A stretch of 64,000 bases of DNA from Phoronis australis (taxonomy: Eukaryota > Animalia > Phoronida), in the NCBI GenBank assembly GCA_002633005.1, contig NMRA01000363.1:62001-126000 (forward strand), written 5' to 3'. The translations under genes were made by a program, and so were the position numbers. Shown piece by piece: positions 25,086 through 39,040 of this stretch. The stretch's first letter is position 1. Every line of letters starts with the position of its first letter. The notes below the pieces were generated by a model. The model saw nothing but the letters and a program-made list of their open reading frames with translations. It was not told where the DNA came from and did not search any database.

Positions 25086-27803
25086 AGTTTTGCAGGATCA
25101 ATGGGTTAATTTGCGCAATAGTAAAAATGCCGTATTCCCTTGATGTAAACACTTTTAAAAGTCGTTTAAGTAGAAACCTCAGAAATGAATGAAATAAACA
25201 AACAGGTGCCGCCACCAGGAAGGATAAAAAAATTGATTGCTACATGAAAACGTCATCGTCAAGCTGAAACGATCTTATTGGGTGGGACGCCTAAAGCATA
25301 TACAACAGTCAGGGATGAGCTGCCTGAAATCACTGTAAAGCTACTTGCATCAAATCCACGTGGAAAAGAAGACATTTTTTGTGGATTGCCTCGGCACCAG
25401 TACTTGAAACCAAAATTCCCGGTAATAGTCACAAGCATTTTGAGAATCAGTTTTCTGAACTGAATAACAGGCATCAAACTGGTTCTCAAAATGCGGGACG
25501 CCCTGCGAGTGACTATTGATTGCAGAATCACACATCATGACCACGTGATAGCAGTAGTCAGCGCGAGATTAGTTGTAGAGTCGTGGCATTTTGTCAATTT
25601 AGTTTTGGAATGTACTGTACAATAACACTAGCCAACGATTAACATGTCCTGAGTTATAACGCTGTTTCCCTAAGAATGAATACAATGCACAAATCAACAT
25701 TCAAAACTCCCAATTATCTATGGCAACATTTTTCACTTCTGGACAGAAATGGTGGTTGAGTAAAAGTTTACTGTGTCAAACCTCTAGACATTCCATCTAG
25801 CAAGGGGATGACTGCACAACTATCAACTAACAACATTCGGTTAAATTTTAAACATTCCCACAATGTAATGACCTTTAAGAAACCAGGAAAATAGCAATGC
25901 TAGCAACGCCTGAGGTCCAAATAGAAGAATATTCAGCCTAATTGATGAGATGTACGCATTAAGTATAACAGTGTAATAAACCATTGATGCGCCACGCTGA
26001 TAGAGTACCAATGAAAACTGTAATACAGGGATAATGGGCATTTTTAAGTGCACCAAGGTCTTGTTGTGTCCTCAGTTCAGAAGAGCCAGCTACATAAATT
26101 ATGTAAATGAGGGTGAATCTGGTTATACAGGACAAGCAGTTTTCATCAGAAGCTGCATGGTGTTATGCGTGAGAATGCCATTGCAGTTCATGAGAGAGGC
26201 AGGCTACATTGTTACAGTATAGCTACATGTATTATCAGGAAATTATGCATTTATTGATGTCTTCAACTTGAAATGTGTCATTGGTAATAATTATGAAATT
26301 CAATTGATCAACATAACAAGAGTTAAACAGAAATCGCCTGAAGGTATTCATTTCTTGATAATATCTACCAGGTAAACACTGGGGTTGAGCTAGGAGCAGA
26401 ATTTACATCCTTTTAGCAGTTGCGTGAACACCATTTCAAATACCAAAACAGCATCATCTATGGTTTAAAATCACAACATAAAAATACTGATAGAAATAGC
26501 CAGTCATTATTCCAGTAAAATGACATATTAAAATCATTCCACAATAACTTTCATCAATAATACAAAAAATGTCATTTCCTATAACATACTCCAATTCCAT
26601 TTTCAAAAGCTGACGGTCAATGACCTATTGTATCAATGAAATCCTACCACAGTGAATTATCCTTGCTCTTAGCTGCTATGACAGCAGGTTCCCTGCTATT
26701 TTCTCCTACTGCTTTTGGTATGTAGAAAACAAAGGCAGATATCACTGTTTTGGAAGGAAACTTGATCTCCAGTACGCTGCTGAAAATGAGCGAATGGGAC
26801 TCGAATGTTTGACACAAATATGTGTGGGCAGTACAACATCTCTCCCAGCACGAACATGTCGTCTGATGTTTGCATGCATAAGGACTCTGTTTGCTTGACA
26901 CAAATACCGTATTCGTCCTAGTACATGCCCATGTTCAGCTTAATGCCCAATACACAAATGAGACTTTCTTCACAGCCTCTGTCTTTGGAACTGTCTGTCT
27001 CACCCACTTCCAAAACGTAGGAAACTCACTAAACTATCAGTACGAAAGAGTAAAGAGTTTCTGAGGCACCTTGCTTTATTCGGGCGAAAACATAACCATA
27101 GGCTCTTACTGTTTTGTTTGACTCTTGCGCAAAAGTCCATCACAGTTACCTAAACTGACTGTTCAGGTATACGCATATTCTGGATTTCTAAACAAATGTT
27201 ATGCTTAGTCAAACTCCAATCCCCAATCTGAGTTTTGAATTCACCAATAAAAGTGAACTGGGCATTAACCTCGGTTAATACAGTACATGGATGTGGTCCT
27301 CACAACAGAGCCTCAAGAGACAACTTAATATACAATTATCCTGTACACAGAGGCCTCTGACGGCCGGGTGATACAACAACACAGATTCAGCAGGACTCAC
27401 ACAGAACTTTTGACAGCATCAGAATGTAAACTCTAATAAGCTTGCCCCAGAGGCAGTCCGACTGACGATGACACAGATGAAAATCTACGAGCCATTTTGC
27501 AGCTTGACACAATAGTCTATAATCGCAAATCTGGAATGCATTCACATTAAGTTCACCAATCCCTAAAAGGTTCCAATAAAATCTACATGTAAAACAACTG
27601 TTGGCTATTGCTTCGAAAAATGAAATGGCATCACGTGACTGTGAGGTCGAAGCGTGACTAGAAAGTGCCACAGTTTGTGAATGTTCACGTGACCAGTTAA
27701 TTAAATGTGGTTTTGCCACCAAAGCTGCTAACTCTTAGCATAAAACAAGCACGTCATGGAAATTCATGATAAAATTTTCTTTAAAAGCTTTTCACTACTT
27801 CCG

Positions 27804-30800
27804 TCACTTGGAGTCTTGCTTGACATGGAGAGGAATAACAAATTTGTGTCCAAATGGCGACTTGTATGTAATGTTCAAATCGGAAAACACTTTCTTTCCA
27901 AATCCCATGTCGCACAAATAGAGGGCACCAGAGGTCTCATGATAACTAAGTGGGAGACCTGGAGCCAGCGACCACTTAGTATTAATAGTCAGAGGGTGCT
28001 CCGGGGGGTCAATTGTCAACACCGGAGCTCTGTTGTCATTAGACCACGTGACTATTGATTTGTACCACTCAGTTTGGGTCAATGACGTGTCATCGGAATT
28101 GTCGAGACAACTTACAATCATGTCAACGGGATTTGACGGCAGTTCTAAAACAAAGAGAAAAACACCATTGTTAGATTATCCATGCTTCTGTAGAAGATAG
28201 AAAAAATTAAGAGGACAATCAACTGTGACTATACTCCAGCCAATCAGCTATGAGCGATAAACATTCCGATCAATCAGGAGTAACTCAAAAAACACTCTGA
28301 CCAATCAGCAGTGATTTACTCATACATTTGCCAATCATCTGCGAATCATAAATACTCTAATAAATCAACTGTTACATATTTATACTCTGGCCAATCAATG
28401 GTCTCTCATATATTGCTTTCACACCAAGTCATCTATTGGTAGCAACAGTCCTGTGAGCCAGAAATCCAGTGAAGTCTGATGTGAAAGGCAATTTAATTTT
28501 GGAGTAATAATTTGACTACAGAAGATAGAAAAAATTAAGAGTACAATCAACTGTGACTATACTCTAGACAATCAGCTATAAGCGATAAACACTCCGATCA
28601 ATCAGGAGTAACTCAAAAAACACTCTGACCAATCAGCAGTGATTTACTCATACATTTGCCAATCATCTGCGAATCATAAATACTCTAATAAATCAACTGT
28701 TACATACAAATACTCTGGCCAATCAATGGTCTCTCATATATTGCTTTCACACCAAACCATCTATTGGTAGCAACAGTCCTGTGAGCCAGAAATCCAGTCT
28801 GGTGCGAAAGGCAATTTAATTTTGCAGTGATAATTTGACTACAACAATAACCACATAAACTTTCGTAACCAGTTCTAAATTTCTAATCTACCACAGCATC
28901 GAATATACATTCAATCACAAAGCCTTCAATAGTGCGGGGGCCAACTGGATGCACTAATCAGAATGTATCCCTTGTGTTTTTGTTCACCAAATTATGTCAG
29001 ATTACTGACAAAAGCAACATCTACCGCACTACTATGATACCGACAATAGCGACATCTCGTGTATTAATGCCATGAACTGTCTACTGCACTGCAGTGGGAA
29101 GTAGTTTGGTGACTTTACCTAATATAATTAAATGATAAAACGTGAACTATCTTACTGGTGTATTTACTGTGGTAGTAAGGAGTGCGAAAAGGGTTATTAA
29201 TATTCTGGCCATGACTCGGAAAACACTCTGACCAATCAGCTGTGACTTATAAATACTCTCACCAATTAGCTGCAACATACAAATACTCTCACCAATCAGC
29301 TGGGACTCAAAAATACTCTAACCAATCAGCTGTGACTCAAAAATACTCTCACCAATCAGCTATGACTCAAAAATACTCTCACCAATCAGCTGTGACTCAA
29401 AAATACTCTAACCAATCAGCTGTGAGTCATAATTACTCTCACCAATATCAAAGCATGAGTACACAAAAATCCCAGAATAAAAATAGCACTAAACGTTTTC
29501 AAAATAAGGCTTAATATACTGCTAATTGATATTTTGCCGATTTTCAACACAAAGAAAATCAGTTTTTTAGGGCAGGAAGGAAATGTGGTTTTAATCAGAA
29601 ATCTTAAATCACTTCCTCAGAGATGATTTTCTTCAACAAATAAACTTTGCAGTCGGGTAGCACAAATGTATGAATCACTGAGACCCTCACCTGTGCAATA
29701 TCATACTTTAAAAACAGCGACTCTGTGGAAAATTGTTATGACTCTAACAAACTAGGTAAAATAAAAAATTGACACTTTGGATAAAATTCATGGAGAAATG
29801 CTGCGCAACACTGAATTCAGCCTCACAAAAATTTCTCCCTGCCCTAAATGTTTTACACAAGAAACATACCTTGAATAGATGTCAACCTCTTGCCGCCAGT
29901 GTGTCCGTAAAGATCCAGCTCACTGCTGAGGTGAGTGTCCATGTGAACGAGCTGAGGCATACAGACCAGGGTGTTCACCTGGCGATTAGCCAGGTGTCGG
30001 GCGCAGTTGATCCCCTGCATGCCCTGCCTGTGGGGACCGCACAGTAACACCACAGTGGGGCGCTGGTGAGAGTTCTTGGGATTCAGTCTGAAACAACGTA
30101 ACAAGCACAGTAAAACAAAAATATTGCATGCATTCCAATACCTGAATAGCATCAGACATGCACTGGCCACATAGATCGGGCTAATGCTACAAAAAACCTG
30201 AATCATAACTCATGAGAATACTCTTATGTATATATATAGTCATTAGGCTTACGAACACATTAACCATTATCTTATCTTATCCACATGGGTAAACATCCAC
30301 GGCATATAGACCTAATTCACACCGACAGGAGGCGCGTTCCAAAACGAGGCTCGCTACAATAGCTCTGTTGGCTTATCGGCATAGTTGTATTACGCGTTGC
30401 TCGAACGGCGATAGAAAATATACGGACACTCAACTGTCTGTTTTAAGATCCATAAGGACACTTTGGAAAATATCTCTGTGTAAAATTTAAAAATGTTTCA
30501 AAAAGTTGGATCATATCATTGTCGCATCTCGGTTGCCGAGCATCATAGCAGCGATCGGTGAATCTTCGGCCAGCCAGGCTGTGTTTTCATGACAACAGGT
30601 TGAAACGAGGCCTAAAAATTCCCCTAGTGATTGAAAATTTCCCTCCGAAGTTCAAATTTCCTGTAACCACACAGGTGACAATTTGAAAGGGCACAAATTG
30701 CTACTTGAGACGGAGCTTATGAGAGCTTGCAACAGGGCAGCGGTGCTAATGATGGTGATCAGGAGGTAGATTTCCCCCTCACTCGGTGCAAAAAGGGCCC

Positions 30801-33800
30801 CAGTCAGGCAGAGGCACATTTCCCCTGGGATGAATGAGGACCCTGAAGAAACACAATAACTATGCTTGCTCTGTCCAGTTAACTGAAATTGAGCTCTAAA
30901 ACGAGGTTATGCTTTGGACAGACGAATTAGGTGTTTTAATTTTTAAAATTCAACTTGGTCCAGATTGATATTTGAAACCTAACACATGAAACGGATGTAA
31001 GAATTATTAAAACCAAGAAAGCAGAATTGATGGTCAAATAACTTTTATTTTCAATTACGAACCTGTTTTTTATTTTACTTTAAAAACTTACTCAATGACA
31101 TCAATTATTCTTGAAGATCAATGACAAATAAACTGTTAGTCCCAGTAGTCACTACCAAGACCTAGACTAGGCTTGATGTTAATATTCTTTATCAACAAAT
31201 TAAACCAGATGTGACTTGCACATGACAGCAAAATGCGATGAGCTACCACTGTCGAATATATGTTCAACTCATCAAAAAACGAGCAGATGACCTGGTTCGT
31301 GTAGAAAGCATTTTATCAATAATTTACAAGAAGAAATATAATACCTAATCTGTAACACGATTGCCACAATTTGGTCATATTTACTTTTCATGTTTTGAAC
31401 TTAGTTTTCGGAAAAAAGTTATACCCTTTTGTCAGACAACTCTTTGGTGCATTGACTTGTTCTCTAATGTATTTTTCTATGTCTCTGTGGTTAATTATCG
31501 ACACATTTTTAAGATTTAATATCCAGATTGGACTCGAAAGACCAGCCATTTAACTCACGCAATGTCAACTTCCGCTTTGTTTATGGCAGTGAGGCTCGCT
31601 TTCGATTTTAATGTCTGCCGTGTGAATTAGGTCTATAGACGGAAAAACTCAATTTCAGGGAGACGAGTGGGCTTTAAAGGCGAAGGCAACCTTTTTTCAT
31701 GTCACTTTTAGCAAAAATAAGGTTCGTTGATTATCCCAGACATATTTTTCACTTAATTACAGCTTTTCGTAATTTGATTAATTTCTCGTCCTCTACTCCT
31801 GAAGTGACATTTTGGGAGGCAAGAGTTTCGAGCCAATTTCTTTTCATTATAACCTGACTATGAGAGCTGTCGAGTCAGTCATTGTTCAACCTCGGTTGTG
31901 AGAAGTTCGGTCGTCATTTGCTTTTGTTTACAATTCAGTCAACATACCACGCAGCTGCTGCGTGCCGCGATGTGCTCATTATCGTCTCACACATACCTTG
32001 CGTCGCTTACCGAAGGATGACACACTTCGCCGTACTTGGCTAGCTCGTTCATGTGAAGAACGCAGCGCTACCCGTCCACGCAACGTACAAAGCAGTGGAG
32101 GGTTACCGAGGGTGACAAGCATTTTCTGCCGTCAGATTACGATAGAGATATGTACGCTGAATTGATGAAGGTCCCTGAGAAACAACGCTTGAAGAAACCG
32201 GTACAATACCGTCCCTGATGTTGATTCCCGTCGCCAACCCAGAGAAGTGCGTTTTTGAAGCGAGAAGCCTCTCGAGCTGTGGCCTCTATATATACAGTGA
32301 CTGGAGGCACTTTATCTAATGTCACCCATGCCTTCGAACGTACCCCATTGCGTGCAATTCCGGGAACTAGCAGTGATTCGCCCTGTGCTGTTGTCTCTAG
32401 CCCAGAGCCTGTAAGCAACCCTGCAGCGACGTTGAGTAGTGGGAGTGAATACAGGCCCAGTTCGACACACAGTGAAGAGGACAGTTCGTCATCCAATGAA
32501 CAGATCGGTGAGCCTAAGTTTGATACGTTTATTGTGGACTTGTATTGGAGCTATTTAGAAGGTGCCAGATGTGTGGCGAGGGAGTCACACGGTGAGATGT
32601 AAGCAGTTTGGGTGCTCCGATCACCCTCCAGTAGGAGTGTGTCGCGGGACACTCGGGCAAGTGGGACAGTTCTTCCTCTGTACGTGAGACGATAATGAGT
32701 TCGCCCCATTAAACAGCAACAGCGTGGCATGTTGACTGACTCGTAAGCAAAAGCAACCGACGACCGAACTTATCACAACCGAGGTAGAACAATGACTGAC
32801 TCGGCTGCTCTCAAGAAAGTGGCGCGAAATTCTTGCCTCCCAAAACGTCACTTCCGGAGTAGACGACGAGTAATTAATTAAATAACGAAAAGCATTAAAT
32901 AAGTGAAAAATATGTCTGGAATAATCAACGAACCTTATTTTTTGCTAAAAATGACATGAAAAAGGTTGCCTTCGCCTTTAAGTCATGCATGGGCATTTAA
33001 AAGAAGTTTTTGGAAGGTCAAGGTGGACATTTACCAATCCACCAATTTTGGGTAAAGAGGCAAAAAAGAGAGTTCCATTTATGTACACCATTTATGTACA
33101 CCATTTATGTATGGAAAATAGGGCATAACACAGACTATGTGCCCCTCTCAGAATACAAAGAACTTTAAATGCCAACCACTCCGTGGTGATTTCAGTCAAT
33201 CAACGGTAACTTCTTGATTCCTTTTGATGGTAGACACAAATTGCCAACATGACAAAGGAAAAGTTGGAAACCAGTGCGTTACAGTAAATTGGCTTCCCTG
33301 AAGATTTTCCTGTTTATGCCAAAGTTGAGAGGAAGTTATCTTTTAAGTTTCGTTGTTCACATGACGACAAAAGAATACCTCGACAACTGCAACGTGATGT
33401 GCAAGACATGTACATCTTGCCTATTCCAAAATTACTAATACTACACCCCAAAAAATACTTCTCCTTTTCTCAATGACTAGTGATGACCTCTCTTGCCATT
33501 CTAGCTACACTGAACGCGAATTCCACCAACAGTCAACCACCAGGACGTATAATTTCACTTCCACTCGGTCACCATGACAAAGAATTCCAAGTCACTTTGT
33601 ACTACTATCTTTAGTGTGTACTGTACATGCTTCTGTCAACACAGTACAAATATCCAGCTACAGAACCAAAAGCAATCAGACAAAATACTGTTTCACCATC
33701 GTCAATAGCCACTCCAGCTAGACTAATGATGAATTCCAGGCCATCTCGTCTGATTAATTTTGGTGTGTGCTCTATACCCAATTGCATGCTAACCTGTGCA

Positions 33801-36478
33801 CTCCTCCTAGAAGGGTAAGTACCATTTCACTCGTTGATCGACCTATTGTCTCCAATTGTCGTTCTCGTGTGTAGCCTAGTGACTCGGCATGGGACAGTAG
33901 CCTCTCTCTCAACACAACATTTACGCTGGGTACCTCCAAATCAGCGTCTGCAAGAAATTGGGAAAATTCAGGTGCCATGTCTCTGGTGTGAAATGAAATG
34001 ACAATTGGACCGGTGTCTGAGATAACCACGCAATGAATTATGGAAATACGTTGCTACTCAGAGTAAATCACCTAGCTGAATTTGACCAACTTTCATCAAA
34101 CTTAATAATATGACACCTTGTTTGATATTTTTCCAAAGCTTATAATATTTCCTTGCTCCCTTACTAACCATTGCTCAGTTGTCTTGAAAGAGACTGCTCG
34201 TGAGTAAAGTACATCAAGCCTACTTCTCATGTCACTTACACGTGACATCTCTCGCACACCAGCACACCCTCAACAGGTGTACATGCTAGATGACAGAGAA
34301 TGGCATACCTGTGACATACGTATTGGCCCCTCTGCACCCAGCTGGCAGCTTTATCTGTTTGAAAACAGGTGGCCTACTCTGTAGAACATTCTGATCGCAC
34401 CTGTATTGAGGTACGCCTCCCTTCACCACTCGTGGACCATTACGGTTCGACTCGTCCAACCCAGCCTCTTTGTCAAATAGTGCCAGATTCTTCTCAAAGT
34501 CGAAGTCTCCAATGAACGACTCCACAGGTGTGCTGAAGCAGTCCTCTCGTTGCCGTTGGCGCTGGTGACTCTCGATTTTACGAGGTGTGGACTGCTGTCG
34601 ACGTGGAGAGTCTCGGAATTCAGATGCTGAAGTAAAGAAGTAAAGGCCTTGCATTTGTAAATCCTATACATGTATGTCAACCAGGCAATTGTGAGTACAA
34701 GCTAAACCAAATTATCACGTGTCAAAATTTATGTGGCTTATAGTGCAGCACAACTTCATTCAGAGAAGCGTGAAATTTTTGATTTTGTGAACAAATTTAA
34801 ACAATTGACTGGAAGACATTATTAAACCAAAAGCAACAAAGTTATGTGATGGTGAAAAACATGACTGCCTTTTTTTTCAGAATACAACTTAATGTAACTC
34901 AAAACTTTGTATTATCCTCAAAACATTGATATTGAGTTTTGACTGCCATCCATGCTAAGCTTAACAGACAAGAGTCTCTGAAAAAACTACGAATGCAGCA
35001 TTTTTTCCCCCAAGACCATACCTGAGTTTGTTCTCTTGCGTGCAAATTCTGCTCTACTTGGTGAATCTGTCCTCCCAGAGGGGGAGCCACCTCGATGTGA
35101 CTGTTCTCGCACTTTCCTTATATCAGGTGATTTCCTGTACATTGGTGTGGACTTGGTCGCTGTGGCTTGTGTGCGAGCATTCTGGTTTGAGTTCATACTA
35201 GCAGACACCTCTTGTGGTGTCTTTAGTATCGTCAGGTCACAGATGTTGACAGCGCTAAAAACGAGGTGGCCAAACTCAGTACAAATTTGAACAGCACCTT
35301 AACAGCCCACAACTCGAACATAATTTTTCTGTAATTTGATATGTACACTTAGCAGAGGCGGACCTACAGGGGGGGTTCAGGGGGTTTAAACCCCTCCTCG
35401 GGACAGGATCAAAAATAAAAACAGGAAAAAAAATCGCCAGAAAAACGAAATTAGCTATTAAAAATCCCAAAAAATCTTACACGGGAGGAGGAAAACCCTC
35501 TCGCGACCTTCCTTCTCCTCGGCGCTACGCGCCTCGGATTCTCTCGAATCCTAAACCCCCCCCTTACTGAAATCGTAGATCTGTCACTGCTTAGTCTAAT
35601 GCCTCTAATTATTGTTTACAGTAAAATCTCATCAATTTTAGACAAAAACAATTACCTAAAGACAAAACAATTACCTAAACTGACCTCTTTTTATTACTCA
35701 AATGCAACTAATACTATTATAAATGCACAAAATGTCAAGTAACACCGTTTAGCGATTGCTATGATACAGAACTAAAACGTTATTAAAGCATTTACATGAT
35801 GTTATCTGTCTTGTATGAAAAAATGAAATTTTCCATATTTGCCATGTTGTGTCCACAATAGGCGAGATTATACCATGCCCCCTAGCTTCTGTAACGATCA
35901 AAAGTGTTATGAAATGGACCGATTTCTGATCGCGAGTTATAACTCACAGTAAATCATCTCACACCAGGTGTCACAAAAGGGCCAGGGATATATTGCAGAT
36001 AAAATTCCCATTATTTGCAAAATTAAAGTTTTGGCTTTTACTTTAGTGTGAAATAATTGAAGAATGATCATACACACAACACTGTACATTTGCTTAACAT
36101 GTATCATTGCCATGACCTCTTATTGATGAAGGACCAGACTCTGGTGAATAAAGACGGATAAAATTCAAATTAAACAGCATTTTCGATATTTTGCACGTTG
36201 AAATAAATTGTGACTTAATTGACCCCTAAACCCATGAGCCTGCATTCTCTAACACTTAGGCAAACATAATTTACAATAAAATGCCAGGCACTAGCACCCA
36301 GACAAAGACACACTTACTCAATTGTAACTTCGGGGAGTTGATATGGCACACCGTTTCTGAATGCCTTGCTTAATGTGATCGTCTGTAGGGTGTTGTCTAC
36401 ACTAGTCACCTGGCCTTGGTAAGTGCCGAGCTCTCCACAGTCAACTGACACCACATGATCAACCCACGATGCAGACAT
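27804..36478 (-). CDS. EDC3: Enhancer of mRNA-decapping protein 3 (LSm, FDF, YjeF_N domains), 6 coding exons
   Basis: Exons (minus) 36478-36318, 35254-35022, 34626-34309, 33947-33794, 30087-29870, 28144-27804, GT-AG and phase-compatible. LSm MSASWVDHVVSVDCGELGTYQG; FDF DFDFEKNLALFDK; YjeF_N LLCGPHRQG..CARHL and YKSPFGHKFVIPLH. A probable 5'UTR exon ends at 38593. Confidence 0.95.
28192..28842. repeat. Recent tandem duplication, ~328-bp unit x2, containing decayed CCAATCAG minisatellite units
   Basis: 28192-28519 and 28520-28842 are near-identical (AGAAGATAGAAAAAATTAAGAG ... TAATTTGACTAC). Confidence 0.9.
29221..29450. repeat. 30-bp minisatellite AAATACTCTCACCAATCAGCTGTGACTCAA, ~7.5 copies
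   Basis: Exact 30-nt periodicity; produces the spurious KYSHQSAVTQ ORF. Confidence 0.95.
30307..31635. mobile_element. 1.3-kb non-autonomous DNA transposon with TAGACCTAATTCACAC TIRs
   Basis: Perfect terminal inverted repeat TAGACCTAATTCACAC ... GTGTGAATTAGGTCTA; ends homologous to 9722-10234. Confidence 0.85.
31678..32977. mobile_element. Kolobok-type DNA transposon derivative with ~300-bp TIRs and THAP zinc-finger remnant
   Basis: TTAA|AGGCGAAGGCAACCTTTTT ... AAAAAGGTTGCCTTCGCCT|TTAA; arms 31678-31990 and 32684-32977. Decayed THAP-like PRSCCVPRC..LRRLPKDDTLRRTWL. TTAA TSD with RR..YY termini is characteristic of Kolobok. Confidence 0.85.
35353..35589. mobile_element. CAG..CTG GC-rich MITE with 5-bp TSD CTTAG
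   Basis: CTTAG|CAGAGGCGGACCTAC ... GTAGATCTGTCACTG|CTTAG. Confidence 0.8.
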
Positions 36479-37837
36479 GGTGTGAAGTGCGCCACCTATA
36501 GGATTAAGAAGGTATTTTTCAGTTGGTTTGAAATTAAAGTAATACATACTCTGTAGCATACATCTGGCATGGGGAAAATTTAGCCAAGACATACGTACAA
36601 ATCAAACTATAAATATAATTCAAATTTGTACATGTATAATTTCAAACACGCGTAACAAAATTGAAAATTAAATTACAGGGGCTTCAATTTCTTTACTAGG
36701 ATTTAGTAATTTTATATTAATTTAATCGTCTACCAGACAATATAATTGTTACATTTACTTACATCCATTTCTGAATAGATCAGATAACAAGGAAACAATA
36801 AGGAACATTCAAGATCTCAAAATATTAAGCATACGATAAAATCTCACCAATTTAGGACACGTTATGGCCAACAGGTGGAATTTCACCTTTCACTTTTTCT
36901 GTAAAAGATACAGCATCATATAAATGCTTTACCATAGTCAAGTTCTGCACCACACCTATCATCAGACGATATCTAGAAAGACATTAGGCATTCATAACAA
37001 CGTTAGAAACCCTAGAAAAATACAATTTCCAGCTGTAATTTTTGTCCAAAATGGGTGAGAATTTACCATTGTTCAAAAGCATTTGTTGATTACAAATACG
37101 CTCATTGAGAATAAGGCGTACAGGCTCATGACTGGATTGGTTTCAAGCACTCTATGGATGAAACATAATAAACAGAAACCAGCTTGTGTTTTGAATGAGA
37201 TAATATGGTCGTTATTACAAGTCTCTGTTGTCTGTAAACAACATTTCACTGACTTACCGTAGTTAAAATTTCTGGCGATTTCATTACTACAGCGAATGTC
37301 CAATATAAATATAATTGAAACTTTTTACATCAAATATTGCTCACATTTTCACAAGTTGAAGTTTTCCAACTTGTCCCAACGTGAGGTTGTCCAGACCTCC
37401 TAACTCGTTGTTCTCGACAGTTAGACTACCCCTTTGGCTTAATGTCAAACCATGAGAACATTTCTAGAGTTCGCATGTACTAGAAAGTTTTTTTGCTTCA
37501 ACTATTACGATTTCGATTTTTGCCGCTGAGATTTGGTGATCTCAGCTCCCGTTTGGCGACCTGAAAATTTTGCCAGGTAGCGTTTGGCGAGATGACATTA
37601 TGCTAAGCAGCAGCTCTGCATTGATTATTCTGTGTCTACAATTGCTTCTCATCACTTCCACATAATTTTGATGGCTAATACGCACGATTACCTGATTACT
37701 GTCCAAATAATCTTAAAAATCAAGATAACGAAGCAAGGCCTTAGCTTAGACTTGGCCAGTTAACAGGTAATAATAACGTGTCAACCAACACTGAACAACG
37801 CTAACGCCAACGGGTGAAAAGGCAGTCACTGTGCTGT

Positions 37838-38245
37838 GCGTGAACTTGGAATCCTGCTTAATCTCAAGATTAAGCGGAAGTGAGTGTTGCGTGAACTTGG
37901 AAATGAGTATTCTTTTAGGCAAAAAGGTGAAATTTTTGTTTGGTGAAATGAATTTTTGTAATTATTGACCTCACGATCAACCATTTCTCCTTTTCCGCAA
38001 CTTGTGTCACAGAACCAGATGAATATGTGAATGGCTAAATCGATTATTGTTTGGAGAAAACGATCGCCCGTAGTTGAAAAGGTTGGTTAAAATTAACATT
38101 TAGTTTATTCAAATGTAACTTGATTTAGTGCAGTGCAAATTTTTATGAACATGAACGTGATTATTTGAGTGAACTTGTCAAGTTGGTTCCAAGTTCACGC
38201 AAACACTCACTTCTGCTTAGTTAATCTTGAGATTAAGCAGGATTC
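37838..38245. mobile_element. MITE with ~55-bp inverted arms
   Basis: GAATCCTGCTTAATCTCAAGATTAAGCGGAAGTGAGTGTTGCGTGAACTTGGAA at ~37849-37902 and its near reverse complement at ~38188-38245. Confidence 0.75.
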
Positions 38246-38619
38246 AAAAAAATGCCAGTGAATTTGATTGATTGACATCAACACCTTAATGGCGATTATT
38301 CTCAAATCACAGCAGCATCTGATCGCAGAAAACGTACCAATGAAAGCATAAAACACACCGCAACACAAATTTCTTCTTGTCTTCCCCCGATCTGTGAAAA
38401 CTTAAAATCAAAACTCGCACTTGTTTTCAACATCCGGAAATTCGAGCACTTGATAGCTGGTTTATCTGCAGCCGCAGTGTGGATCAAAAACAATGTATAG
38501 AAGAATTCAATGATAGAGTAATTTCGAATACAACAAATTTCAATTCTAAGTTACATTTAGATTTTTTTGCTTTCATAGAGTACTTTCCTCACCTTCCTTG
38601 TGTTTGCTTTCTGTAAATT

Positions 38620-39000
38620 ACTTCTAACCGGAACGCAAACTTCTGTATGCTCTATAGGTGGCGCTCCACACACACAAACAATAAGATAGACCTTATATGT
38701 AGCTCATTGATCAACGCATGACACTGGGAGAACAGAACACGCTGGCGAAGAACAAAATTAAAAGTTGTGGCACCTTGTTGACCTTTGACCTGTGTTGACG
38801 TTCAGTTTCTCGAGTGTGTCATTCACCCTCCGATCTCGGTGGTCGTGGCTGCAGCAGTGGCACCATAGATATTTAATATAGTCTATGACTATGGACGGTG
38901 GCACGATGTCGATGGCGCCGATTCGTCGTCTGCATATGTTTGATTGATCGCTAGGCTGCGAACTGTGACTGTTGTACAGTTGCGTTCGTCGTCAACGTTT
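38620..39000. promoter_or_regulatory. Putative bidirectional promoter between EDC3 and the C15orf40 homolog
   Basis: Minus-strand donor at 38591-38592 (GAAG|GTGAGG) and plus-strand ATG at 39041, ~450 bp apart. CpG-richer, with ACCGGAA and ATGGCG motifs. Confidence 0.55.
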
Positions 39001-39040
39001 CGTTGCACTTGCTGTGAATTACCTAATTAGTGAAAGATTA

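Noticed and set aside
29221-29450. Possible CRISPR array or repetitive protein (ORF 29242-29514)
   Set aside because: Head-to-tail 30-bp units without unique spacers, no cas genes, located in a eukaryotic intron.
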